From assembly GCA_025361145.1 (NCBI GenBank), contig JANYAV010000014.1:5658-69657 (forward strand): a DNA stretch of 64,000 nucleotides, in the 5' to 3' direction. Below are positions 1 to 8,633 of the stretch, piece by piece. Made by a program: the position numbers and the translations under genes. Source of the stretch: Dehalococcoidia bacterium (GTDB taxonomy: Bacteria > Chloroflexota > Dehalococcoidia > Dehalococcoidales > UBA3254). The notes beneath the pieces were generated by a model. It saw nothing but the letters and a program-made list of their open reading frames with translations, searched no databases and was not told the DNA's origin. Positions within the stretch are counted from its first letter, which is position 1, and each line of letters begins with the position of its first letter.

Positions 1-1184
1 ATGGGAAAAACGATAGGAGCTAATTTGACCGGTTTCTCTTTAGTAGCCAGGGTGTCGCCGGTACCGGTAGTGTTTAGTTTGGCCACCACGCCAATATCAC
101 CTGCCGTAACTGCATGTACCGCTTCCTGGGTCTTGCCGCGCATCAGGTAAACCTGGCCGATGCGTTCTATTTCATTGCGGTTGGTGTTCCAGACTTGAGA
201 GTTGCTAACGAAAGACCCCGCGTAAACGCGGAAATAGGTCAGTTTGCCCACAAAAGGATCGGCGCTGGTCTTAAAGACCAGGGCTTCCAGTGGCTCGCTA
301 GCTGACGCAGTCACTTTTTTCAGCATGCCTTTGTCGTCGGCTACGACCTCATACTGGCGTTCTTTAGGTGAAGGCAAATAGTGTTTAATCGCGTCCATCA
401 ATAGCGTAATACCAATATTCTGCGTGGCCGAACCGGTAATGATAGGCACCAGTTTGCAGGTCAGAACAGAGGCTTTTAAGGCAGCTTCCAGTTCCTCCTG
501 ACTAATGGCCTGGTCGCCTAAAAATTTCTCGATTAGTTTTTCGTCGGCGGAAGCTATGGCCTCTACCATTTTAGCTCGGTAGCTGTCGGCCGTGGCTTTC
601 ATTTCGGTCGGGATATCGCTTTCTTTGGCGCCGATATAGGCTTTCATTTTTAATAAATCAATGACACCAGTGAAAGAGGTGTAGGTCCCGATCGGGATTT
701 GCAGCGCCACGGTTTTGCCAGCCCATCTGGCTTGCAACTGATCGAATATTTTGTTGAAATCCGCGTTTTCACGGTCCATTTTATTAACAAAGATTAAACG
801 CGGCAGGGCGGCTTCTTCACAATACTGCCAGACCTGCTCGGTACCCACTTCGATGCCGGAGGTGGCGCCAATTAAAATCACCGCTCCTTCGGATACTCGC
901 AGGGCGGATTTAACTTCGCCTACAAAATCCGAATAGCCGGGGGTATCCAGAAGATTAACTTTGACACCCTGCCAGGCGTATGGCAGCACTGAGAGGTTAA
1001 GACTTATTTTGCGTTGGATTTCGTCTGGGTCGTAGTCCGAAGTAGTGGTCCCTTCTTCTATTCTGCCCAGCCGGGTAGTAGCCTTGGCGTTAAACAGAAT
1101 AGACTCGGATAAAGAGGTCTTTCCTGATCCCGCGTGAGAAAGTAAGGAAACGTTGCGGAGGTTCTCCAGTGTAAACTGTTCCAT
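1..1184 (-). CDS. fusA: Elongation factor G-like GTPase (EF-G2-type), truncated at the window edge
   Basis: Manual minus-strand translation from ATG 1184: MEQFTLENLRNVSLLSHAGSGKTS...SDYDPDEIQRKISL...LLDTPGYSDF...FVNKMDRE, i.e. the G1, G3 and G4 translational GTPase motifs. AGGTGA RBS upstream. Confidence 0.9.
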   Translation of the reverse strand, partial: MEQFTLENLRNVSLLSHAGSGKTSLSESILFNAKATTRLGRIEEGTTTSDYDPDEIQRKISLNLSVLPYAWQGVKVNLLDTPGYSDFVGEVKSALRVSEGAVILIGATSGIEVGTEQVWQYCEEAALPRLIFVNKMDRENADFNKIFDQLQARWAGKTVALQIPIGTYTSFTGVIDLLKMKAYIGAKESDIPTEMKATADSYRAKMVEAIASADEKLIEKFLGDQAISQEELEAALKASVLTCKLVPIITGSATQNIGITLLMDAIKHYLPSPKERQYEVVADDKGMLKKVTASASEPLEALVFKTSADPFVGKLTYFRVYAGSFVSNSQVWNTNRNEIERIGQVYLMRGKTQEAVHAVTAGDIGVVAKLNTTGTGDTLATKEKPVKLAPIVFP

Positions 1185-1746
1185 TAACACTCACCTACTT
1201 TTACAAAATAACTTGTATGTATTATAAACATAGTCGATAGCGACGGCAAGTCGAGATCAGAAGGTCAATTAGAGGGCAGTGAAAATAATATGGAAGCAGA
1301 ATTTACCTTTTTTAGCTCAACCTCTGAAGCAGTTAGGATTCTTTTTCAGCTTCGGTAATAGGTTCATCTTCTGTATCAAGCTCTTCGAAGGATTCGTCTT
1401 CGATTCCACTTTCATAAACAGAAGGTTCCTCTTCTTCGTTGGGTTTTAGAGGTCGAGGCCCTGGAGATTTCCTGGCTAGAGAAGTAGTGGTTCCTTCTTC
1501 TATCCTGCTTAACCGGGTAGTAGCCTTGGCGCTAAACAGAGTAGATACGGATAAAGAAACTTTTCCTGCTCCCACCTGAGAAAGTAAGGAAACGTTGCGG
1601 ATTTTCTCCACTGTAAATTGTTCCATTAACGCTCACCTGCTTTTACAAAGTAACTTGTATGTATTATAAACATAGTCGTATACAACGACAAGTTGTGATT
1701 AAAAGAACAATTACAGGTTACGGAAAATAATGTGGAAGCAGAATTT
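1039..1746. repeat. Diverged direct repeat of ~265 bp (1039-1304 vs 1481-1746)
   Basis: Visual alignment at an offset of 442 bp. It covers the fusA 5' coding end, RBS and promoter region, and ends just before the tRNA-Ser 3' end. Confidence 0.9.
1333..1626 (-). CDS. Chimeric ORF: diverged copy of the first ~49 aa of the EF-G-like gene fused to an acidic tail
   Basis: MEQFTVEKIRNVSLLSQVGAGKVS...RIEEGTTTS aligns with the neighbouring gene's N-terminus. The P-loop is changed from GKT to GKV. The C-terminal half is E/D-rich. Confidence 0.55.
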   Translation of the reverse strand: MEQFTVEKIRNVSLLSQVGAGKVSLSVSTLFSAKATTRLSRIEEGTTTSLARKSPGPRPLKPNEEEEPSVYESGIEDESFEELDTEDEPITEAEKES

Positions 1747-1748
1747 GC

Positions 1749-1840
1749 TGGCGGAGGGATGGAGATTCGAACTCCAGACCCCACTTTCGTAGGGCAAGCG
1801 CTTAGCAGGCGCCCGCACTAGACCACTATGCGATCCCTCC
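1749..1840 (-). tRNA. tRNA-Ser(GCT)
   Basis: Reverse complement GGAGGGATCGCATAGTGG...GGCGC-CTGCTAA-GCGCT, long variable arm, GTTCGAATC T-loop, ends GCCA. Confidence 0.95.
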
Positions 1841-2026
1841 GCGTTGAATGCCTGAAAGAGGATTGTTATCAGGCCTCATTTATATTATCATAACAGCCAG
1901 ATTTGCTCAATATGGATAATCAGCAGGGGCAATTACTCGAACTTATTTCTCTGGTTAAGTGTATTGATAGTCTTTTATATTGTTGCTAGAATGCCTTTAA
2001 AATATTTGATGCGTCGGGTTTGAAGA

Positions 2027-2452
2027 GTGGAAGAGAAACTGATAGCGCCTTGCGGTATGAATTGTGGTCTCTGCGTCCGTTTTCTGGCGATGAAGAATGA
2101 CCTGAATAGCAAAGGCTTTAGCAAGGGATACTGCCCCGGTTGCAGGCCGCGCGGAAAAAACTGTGCCTTTTTGAAAAAACACTGTGAGCGGTTGGGTAAA
2201 GGCCTGCTGCGATTTTGCTATGAATGCCAGGATTTCCCCTGCCTCCGCTTAAAAACTCTAGATGCGCGCTACAAAGCACGCTACCATATGAGCATGATAG
2301 AAAACCTGACTTTCATCAAAGAGCATGGCATCCAATCGTTTTTGGCCCAAGAAGAAGTCAAGTGGCGCTGCCCTGATTGTGGCGATGTGATCTGCTGTCA
2401 TAATGGAATCTGCCTGAATTGTAAGCTTGATAAGCTGCGCCAGTATAAATAA
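2027..2452 (+). CDS. DUF3795-like Cys-rich putative metal-binding protein
   Basis: APCGMNCGLC, CPGC, FCYECQDFPC and CPDC..CCH..CLNC motifs. Confidence 0.75.
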   Translation: MEEKLIAPCGMNCGLCVRFLAMKNDLNSKGFSKGYCPGCRPRGKNCAFLKKHCERLGKGLLRFCYECQDFPCLRLKTLDARYKARYHMSMIENLTFIKEHGIQSFLAQEEVKWRCPDCGDVICCHNGICLNCKLDKLRQYK

Positions 2453-2582
2453 TACCGCTGGAATGAATATTTTTGAAAACTTAGTATGACCTCATACTCT
2501 CCACCAGTTTGTCATCCTTTAGCCTCGATCTACCTTTACTCGCCGCAGCGAATAGGATAGCTGGAGGCCCTTTAGGGCGCCT

Positions 2583-2636
2583 GCTGAAGGATCTGGGGCG
2601 GGGTTCATAAATCCTTAATCATAAATCTTAAATCAA
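2583..2636. repeat. 54-bp direct repeat, copy 1 (REP-like end plus heptamer run)
   Basis: gctgaaggatctggggcggggttcataaatccttaatcataaatcttaaatcaa, identical at 4420-4473. Confidence 0.95.
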
Positions 2637-2657
2637 ACCTCGTCTCACACTGGAAAC

Positions 2658-2704
2658 TTGAAACCCAGATTTTGTTGTGTCATAATATCCCCCTGGGGGG
2701 GATA
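2658..2704 (+). promoter_or_regulatory. Sigma70 promoter with a CsoR/RcnR-type G/C-tract operator
   Basis: TTGAAA(2658)-17bp-CATAAT(2681), overlapped and followed by the inverted repeat TATCCCCC-tgg-GGGGGATA (2686-2704) just before ATG 2708. Confidence 0.75.
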
Positions 2705-2707
2705 AAT

Positions 2708-2980
2708 ATGAACGGCATACATAAGCACACTCAGGCGGTTATCAATCGTCTTTCCAGAATTGAAGGGCACATCCGCGCCATTAAAACCATGTTAAAAGAT
2801 GAACGCTCCTGTCCGGATGTGCTAATCCAACTGGCAGCGGTCAAATCGGCCATTACCAAAACCTCCAGGGTAGTCCTGGAAGATCATATAGAATCTTGTA
2901 TTTATAGCGCTTCTCATGAAGGCGCACCGGACAAGGAATGGGTGAGTCTAAAAGAAGCTCTTGATAAATATATGATGTAA
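2708..2980 (+). CDS. CsoR/RcnR-family metal-sensing repressor
   Basis: HKH N-terminus; NRLSRIEGHIRAI..C.DVLIQLAAV..LEDHIESC. ATG 2708 preferred over TTG 2672 because of the promoter position. Confidence 0.9.
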   Translation: MNGIHKHTQAVINRLSRIEGHIRAIKTMLKDERSCPDVLIQLAAVKSAITKTSRVVLEDHIESCIYSASHEGAPDKEWVSLKEALDKYMM

Positions 2981-2999
2981 AGCAAAGGAAATATAAAAA

Positions 3000-3692
3000 A
3001 TGTTTGATTCTACTCTTATTGGTGTAGTAATACTTGGACTGGTACACGGGCTCGAGCCCGGACACGGGTGGCCTGTCGCCATGCTGTATTCGGTGGGTAA
3101 AAAGAACCCTACCCTGAGCGCCATTCTCAGTTCGGGCATAATAGGTTTAGGGCATTTGATATCATCGATTGCTGTTGTGGTAGCTTATGTCTTGCTGAAT
3201 TCTTGGCTGGACTTCGAAGCCCCCTGGTTAAAATATGTCGCCGCGGCCGTTCTGTTATTGCTGGCCGTCAAGCTCTGGTTGGAAAAACCGGATCAACTTG
3301 AGAAACAACATGGACATTTCCATGAACATATTCCAGAGATTGAACACGAACATGAACATCAGCATCTGGGCCAAGCCCCCCACACTCATCTTCATAAGCA
3401 CACAATGGAAATTAAATTAAGTCTGTGGGGACTAGCTTCGTTTGCTTTTATTTTAGGCTTTGCTCATGAGGAGGAGTTCGCCTTGCTGGCTTTAGTAGCT
3501 AGCGGCATCAATGCCTGGGTATTGATGCTTTCTTATGGCATGGCGGTATTGATAGGACTGGTCGCGATCACCGTCGCTTCAGTTAAAATCTTCAGGGTAT
3601 TGCGGCCTAAACTGGTGCGTTATGAGCAATATGTACCAAAGATAAGTGCGGGGCTTCTGGTGGTGATGGCGGTTTTGATAATAATCAGGTAG
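3000..3692 (+). CDS. RcnA/NicO-like nickel/cobalt transporter
   Basis: GLVHGLEPGHG motif, multiple TM helices, His-rich loop (HGHFHEH..HEHEHQH..HTHLHKH). Confidence 0.8.
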   Translation: MFDSTLIGVVILGLVHGLEPGHGWPVAMLYSVGKKNPTLSAILSSGIIGLGHLISSIAVVVAYVLLNSWLDFEAPWLKYVAAAVLLLLAVKLWLEKPDQLEKQHGHFHEHIPEIEHEHEHQHLGQAPHTHLHKHTMEIKLSLWGLASFAFILGFAHEEEFALLALVASGINAWVLMLSYGMAVLIGLVAITVASVKIFRVLRPKLVRYEQYVPKISAGLLVVMAVLIIIR

Positions 3693-3732
3693 GAATATCA
3701 AAATAGTGACATCCTTAAGGGGGGAGAATTAT

Positions 3733-4329
3733 ATGAGTGAGCAGGGCAAGAAACAAGAAGGACAAATGGGGAGTTATGCGCCTTTTTACGATATAATTAT
3801 GTTTTTGTTGACCTTAGGCCGAGAACAAAAGCTGCGGCAGGAAGAAATCAGACTGGCTCAGCTTAAGCCAGGGGACAAAGTTCTTGAAATTGGCTGCGGC
3901 ACCGGGACTTTAAGTCTTGCCGCCAAAACATTTATTGGAACATCCGCTGAAATGACTGGTATTGATATCGCTCCCGAGATGCTAGCGGCTGCCAGAAAAA
4001 AGGCTGCCAGGAAAAGTGCAGCTGTTACTTTTCAAGAAGGCAGTATTGCCAAAATTCCTTTTCCGGATAAGCGTTTTGATGTGGTAATATGCAGTTTCAT
4101 GATCTTCCATATGCCCGAGGAAGTGAGATTGAAAGGATTTACAGAGATATATCGTGTTCTGAAATCCGGCGGTCATTTATTTATCTTTGACGGCGACTCA
4201 AAAAATCCGCGTTATAATGCGGATTCATTAGTTCCGATCTTAAAAGAGCGCTCCTTCACCGGCGTAGAAGCAGATAGATACAAATTCATCTATTTTAAGG
4301 CCTTCTTTATACGGGCTAACAAAGCGTAA
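3733..4329 (+). CDS. Class I SAM-dependent methyltransferase (UbiE-like)
   Basis: VLEIGCGTG, GIDIAPEML, FDVV and RVLKSGG motifs. GGAG RBS before ATG 3733. Confidence 0.85.
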   Translation: MSEQGKKQEGQMGSYAPFYDIIMFLLTLGREQKLRQEEIRLAQLKPGDKVLEIGCGTGTLSLAAKTFIGTSAEMTGIDIAPEMLAAARKKAARKSAAVTFQEGSIAKIPFPDKRFDVVICSFMIFHMPEEVRLKGFTEIYRVLKSGGHLFIFDGDSKNPRYNADSLVPILKERSFTGVEADRYKFIYFKAFFIRANKA

Positions 4330-4419
4330 TGCTGGGGCAATCCCGCGGAGACCACACGATACTAACTACTCCCACTAATTACCAATAGCCCTGTCATCCT
4401 GGAAGCCTCGAATGGCGAG

Positions 4420-4473
4420 GCTGAAGGATCTGGGGCGGGGTTCATAAATCCTTAATCATAAATCTTAAATCAA
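4420..4473. repeat. 54-bp direct repeat, copy 2
   Basis: Identical to 2583-2636. Both copies are preceded by tgtcatcct..agcctcga. Confidence 0.95.
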
Positions 4474-4535
4474 TCTTCACCTTAATTCGGTGGAGCTTTC
4501 GTCCCTCACATTACTAACTACTAATTACTCACTAC

Positions 4536-4569
4536 TAGATACTGACTTCCCTCAGGAAGTCAGTATCTA
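4536..4569. terminator. Perfect 15-bp hairpin overlapping the GNAT stop codon
   Basis: tagatactgacttcc-ctca-ggaagtcagtatcta, between convergent genes. Confidence 0.55.
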
Positions 4570-5195
4570 AGCCCAACCATAACCTGAAATACCCACTGTG
4601 ATTCCCTTTCAGCCTTTTCCTTGAAAGGAAAAGTGCTTTCATACTCGGCGAATTGGCTTTCATCGGCGGCGTACGCAGCGCTCTCAATAAATCTCCCCGG
4701 CATTTTAGCCAGGGCGCCTGGCTGCAGCTCCAGCGCTAGCAGAGCCCAGGCTAATTTGCCGTCAGAGGTTTGGATATCATATCTTTCGGCACATCTGAAA
4801 CCGAAACGGCTGTAATACCTCGGATCTCCGTAAATGCACACCGCCGGATAGCCCATAGACCCGGCGATATTAAGACTATGTTTAATTAAGGCGCTGCCGA
4901 TACCCTGTTTCTGTAACTGGGGCGGCACGCTGACGGGCCCAAAGCTGATGACGGGTACTTTTTTCCCTTCAGAGTCTTCAATGATTCCGCGGCTGTAAAC
5001 AATATGCCCGACTATCTGTCCTTCTTTTTCAGCCACGAAGTCCAGCTCAGGAATAAAATCGGCATGCTTTCTGAGGTTGTGCAGCACAAAATGTTCGCCG
5101 CAGCCTGGAACATAAAGGTTCCAGAAGGCATCGCGTGTCAATTCCTCAACAGCCCTGAAATCCTTTTCATTTTCCCTTCTGATGCTAATAGCCAT
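4560..5195 (-). CDS. GNAT N-acetyltransferase (YhbS-like)
   Basis: FGPVSV.P.LQKQGIGSALI acetyl-CoA motif; GDPRYYSRFGF. AGGAG RBS before ATG 5195. Confidence 0.9.
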   Translation of the reverse strand: MAISIRRENEKDFRAVEELTRDAFWNLYVPGCGEHFVLHNLRKHADFIPELDFVAEKEGQIVGHIVYSRGIIEDSEGKKVPVISFGPVSVPPQLQKQGIGSALIKHSLNIAGSMGYPAVCIYGDPRYYSRFGFRCAERYDIQTSDGKLAWALLALELQPGALAKMPGRFIESAAYAADESQFAEYESTFPFKEKAERESQWVFQVMVGLRY

Positions 5196-5556
5196 GTCCG
5201 CTCCTGATTGATTCACCATATTGCCGCATAATTATAATACAAAATTAACCAGTGCTTTCAAAATACAAATTACACGCACTAAATCCAGTGGATCCCCTTG
5301 ACATTCCTTCATATTCGCCTTAAAGTGCTATCATTATGAATAAAGAAACATACCATTTTATCAAGAAGATATTTTACTTAGGATAATAACATGGGTTGTA
5401 ATCATGAGTACGGGGTTTTTACTCCTTTTTGTACTAAGAAAGATTTGGCCAGGACACTTAAACTAATAATTGATATTGACGTTACACATCGAGGTGATCG
5501 AGTGAATTATTGTTATAGCCCAAATCATATTTCTGTTTGGCCACTGGAGTAGAGAT

Positions 5557-5964
5557 ATGTTAGATACCATATCCAATATCTTCTTTAATATTTATGCTCG
5601 TTGGGCAGACCGTTCAATCATCAAGATTAAAATAAAACACCTGGATTATGTGCTACGAAACAACCACCCAAACAGTCCGTTTGTGATTATCTCATCTTGT
5701 TCTAGCTATTATTCTGCTGAGGTTGAATTCTCACATTCTGGGAAAGCCACTACCATCAAAGATGTAATGTTAATGATTAACGACCAGCAAAAACTTGAGC
5801 CAAGTTCATTTAACCCAATCAAACTTGAGCATGGGGATTATAAAAAAGAAACATTGTGTTTCCCTATTGAAGAAAAATTAGCGGTACAAACCGGCTCCTT
5901 TGAAATGCAGGTTATTTACGATTTAGAAAAAATCAAAAAGTTAAAAGGAAAATTTCCTTGTTAA
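5557..5964 (+). CDS. Hypothetical protein (AT-rich)
   Basis: 135-aa ORF with GGAG RBS; no recognised motif. Confidence 0.6.
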   Translation: MLDTISNIFFNIYARWADRSIIKIKIKHLDYVLRNNHPNSPFVIISSCSSYYSAEVEFSHSGKATTIKDVMLMINDQQKLEPSSFNPIKLEHGDYKKETLCFPIEEKLAVQTGSFEMQVIYDLEKIKKLKGKFPC

Positions 5965-6000
5965 GGATGCTCGGTCATCGGATTCTCGGCAATTTAAATT

Positions 6001-6843
6001 ATGAATAAATCTGATATTTCATCTCAACGAAATGATGGATGCTTGATAAGAGGCAATCCTCGTGAGTTTTTTGGCTGGGCGATTGTTTGTTACATAGATA
6101 TTCTTGGAATATCACTTAATGTTAGGGATAATTGGGGAGAACATTACGAATCCGCTCACAATAAGTTGCTTCGTATAAAAGAGCATATCCCTACGGCTGA
6201 TGAACATACACAAGCTATTTTTGCCATCTGTGACCCCAAAACAAATAGAGAGTTTGAAAGATACCTTTCAATTACAAGAACATGGTCGGATTCCATTGTG
6301 ACTATGCTGGCTTTTCCAAATTCACCGACAAATTGTGATTCTCAAGAATTCAGTACACGAGTAATAAGCGTTCTTTATGCTTTAAGATTTATTTGGCGGC
6401 AATCTCTACGAGAAGGATTTACGATTAGAGGCGGAATTGAATTTGGGGAAATGTTTTGGAATGATACTGATTTCATCGGTCCTGCTCTCGTAAACGCGTA
6501 TAAACTTGAAAATAAAATGGCACATACTTCACGTATTTTGATTGGTCCCACTTTACTAAATATAATCATCGAATTTTCTAATGTATCTTCCAAGGTTAGT
6601 CCAGATGTTCAAAGTCTAATAGATGCTTTTCTGGTTAGCGGAGACCATAAAATATTCGTAAATCCTCATTTTGCAGTTGGCAAGGATATGATTGGAATAC
6701 TGGAGGCATTGTGCCAAAAGGCTAGTGCAGACTCGATAAAAATAAAATATCATAATGTAATTGAAATACTAAAAATTCCAGAAGGAAGATTGTCACATCC
6801 AACATTAGATGAAATCCGTAGATGCATAACACTTGGATATTGA
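6001..6843 (+). CDS. Class III nucleotide cyclase-like fold protein
   Basis: YIDILG, WSDSIV, IRGGIEFGE and GPALVNAYKLE..RILI match the adenylate/guanylate cyclase-like pattern. Confidence 0.6.
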   Translation: MNKSDISSQRNDGCLIRGNPREFFGWAIVCYIDILGISLNVRDNWGEHYESAHNKLLRIKEHIPTADEHTQAIFAICDPKTNREFERYLSITRTWSDSIVTMLAFPNSPTNCDSQEFSTRVISVLYALRFIWRQSLREGFTIRGGIEFGEMFWNDTDFIGPALVNAYKLENKMAHTSRILIGPTLLNIIIEFSNVSSKVSPDVQSLIDAFLVSGDHKIFVNPHFAVGKDMIGILEALCQKASADSIKIKYHNVIEILKIPEGRLSHPTLDEIRRCITLGY

Positions 6844-7078
6844 ATTTAATAATGAAGGGCGAAAAATTACGAGTGTTTAATAACCTGAGGGACATTGATT
6901 CCGAATGATACTTGTGAGTCTAATTTCCCCATTGAGTTCCTGTTTGATCTTCCCACTTTTCATTAAACCCCGATCCACCATCCAACCTGAACATGGCTCA
7001 CAGGGTGACACATTCAAGGGCTCACCCTTTTTGTTGCCCAATTTAATAATCCGTTCTCTGTAATTTGGCATTTGTAGA

Positions 7079-7107
7079 TTGATACATAGTGCCGTATATG
7101 GTACCAT
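7079..7107 (+). promoter_or_regulatory. hicAB promoter with a probable autoregulatory palindrome
   Basis: TTGATA-17bp-TACCAT, with the imperfect inverted repeat gtgcc-gtatat-ggtac overlapping the spacer. Confidence 0.5.
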
Positions 7108-7120
7108 TTATTGAGGGCTG

Positions 7121-7345
7121 ATGACTAAAAAAGACCGTCGTGAACAGAAAATCCGCAATAATACGGCTAATGTCTCACTAACTGAGTTTGAGGCTTTAAT
7201 AAAGCGCTATGGTGAAATTGTCGAAGGGGGCAGCCATCCTAAAGCCCATATTAACCAGCACTATTATCCCTATAAACGCAGTAATCCGGTAGATGGTCAT
7301 TATGTCAGGGGTGTGATCCGCTTAATCGATGAGATGGAGGGGTAA
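7121..7345 (+). CDS. hicA: HicA-family toxin
   Basis: 74 aa, basic; GGSH catalytic motif; directly upstream of hicB. Confidence 0.8.
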   Translation: MTKKDRREQKIRNNTANVSLTEFEALIKRYGEIVEGGSHPKAHINQHYYPYKRSNPVDGHYVRGVIRLIDEMEG

Positions 7346-7350
7346 GAATA

Positions 7351-7872
7351 ATGGAGAAAGATATCAAAGCCCAGGTTGAATATTATTTAAAATTACCCTA
7401 TACCATGACTGTCCAATATCAGGCTGAGCAAGGTGGCTATTATATCGCCGGCTTTTTGGAGCTGCCTGATTTAACTATGACTGGTTCTACTCGTGAAGAA
7501 GCTATTCGAGAATTACTTCTCGAAGCTCCTGAATGGTTTGAATTGTGCATCAAAAGCGGATATAAAATACCCTTACCGTCTCAGCCTTCTACCTATAGTG
7601 GACGGATTAATTTTCGCATGCCGAAACACCTGCACCGTGCTGTCGCCGTAATCGCTGCCAGAGAGGGGGTTAGTATTAATCAGTATCTCCTCTCGGCCGT
7701 TGCTCAAGCTGCCGGAGCAGAAGAAAAGCAAGATGGTGATACCAGCCGTCGGGGGAAGATAGAGCAAAAAAGAAAGTCTCTAGCCACTCATGTGCGTGAA
7801 GCCAGAGCTGAATATCCAAAGGGCAGGACGAAAAAAGGTTCGGTTAATGATCTTCGGAAGGATCTTTCCTGA
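7351..7872 (+). CDS. hicB: HicB-family antitoxin with a C-terminal extension
   Basis: YYLKLPY..GGYY..ELP..G.T.EEA; YSGRINFRMPKHLH..A.REGVSINQY ribbon-helix-helix domain. Confidence 0.9.
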   Translation: MEKDIKAQVEYYLKLPYTMTVQYQAEQGGYYIAGFLELPDLTMTGSTREEAIRELLLEAPEWFELCIKSGYKIPLPSQPSTYSGRINFRMPKHLHRAVAVIAAREGVSINQYLLSAVAQAAGAEEKQDGDTSRRGKIEQKRKSLATHVREARAEYPKGRTKKGSVNDLRKDLS

Positions 7873-8114
7873 TGACTGCTCTGATTTTAGCCTCACAGGG
7901 TGACACCTTTTTGTTATCCAATTCCTCCTCCCCTCTCCTGCTTTACGCCTGCAAGGACGGACCTTGCACGCCTGGCTCGCCCCCTTATCTCTTCTTAAAT
8001 CCTTAATCCTTAATCTTTAATCTTTAATCCCCTTCTTGTCTCGCAGCTCGTCGCTCTCAGCTGGAATTTTGTTGACTAATCTGTCACTTTACATTAGCTG
8101 ATTATCTGTTACGA

Positions 8115-8135
8115 TATAATAAGAACATTAGTTCG
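8115..8135 (+). promoter_or_regulatory. -10 box followed by a LexA (Cheo-type) SOS box
   Basis: TATAAT (8115-8120), then AGAAC-atta-GTTCG (8122-8135). GAAC-N4-GTTC is the Firmicutes/Dehalococcoides LexA consensus. Confidence 0.7.
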
Positions 8136-8190
8136 TATTAACTGGAATGATGAGCTTACCGAAATCATTACGTCCTTTAGGAGGAATATC

Positions 8191-8571
8191 ATAGACTACT
8201 TAATAAAACATAAAAGCGGGGGTCAACCGGGAAATCAGAATGCCCGTAAACACGGGTTATATTCTAAAACTCTGCCACGCGACCAGAAACGGCAATTTAA
8301 TCGCGCTCTTAAAGTGACTGGCATTGACCAGGAAATTGCCCTCTTGCGCGTCCTTTTAAACCAGCTGGTTGCTAAGGATAACTCTAACTTTCCCCTTATC
8401 TTCCAGGCGATTAAAACCCTGGGCCATCTTTCTGATATTAAGTCCGGACATAATCAGGATTTTACCCAGTTGAAAGAAGCTGTCACCGCCGTCCTCTCCG
8501 AATGGGAAATCCCTGTTCCCCCCGAGAAAGACAGTGCTGCTTCATCGGATAGCAAAAATCATAAATCGTAA
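8191..8571 (+). CDS. Putative terminase small subunit
   Basis: The frame extends upstream of GTG 8314 to include GGQPGNQNARKHGLYS, a motif typical of small-terminase N-termini. AGGAGG (8179-8184) precedes ATA 8191. Lies directly upstream of terL. Confidence 0.65.
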   Translation: MDYLIKHKSGGQPGNQNARKHGLYSKTLPRDQKRQFNRALKVTGIDQEIALLRVLLNQLVAKDNSNFPLIFQAIKTLGHLSDIKSGHNQDFTQLKEAVTAVLSEWEIPVPPEKDSAASSDSKNHKS

Positions 8572-8633
8572 ATCACTCATCCAAAACAGGGTTAGGATTT
8601 AAAATTTGGTATTTATAAATTGGGATTTGTAAT

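Noticed and set aside
5336-5552. Short ORFs upstream of the AT-rich pair
   Set aside because: No convincing RBS or motif, and several frames compete.
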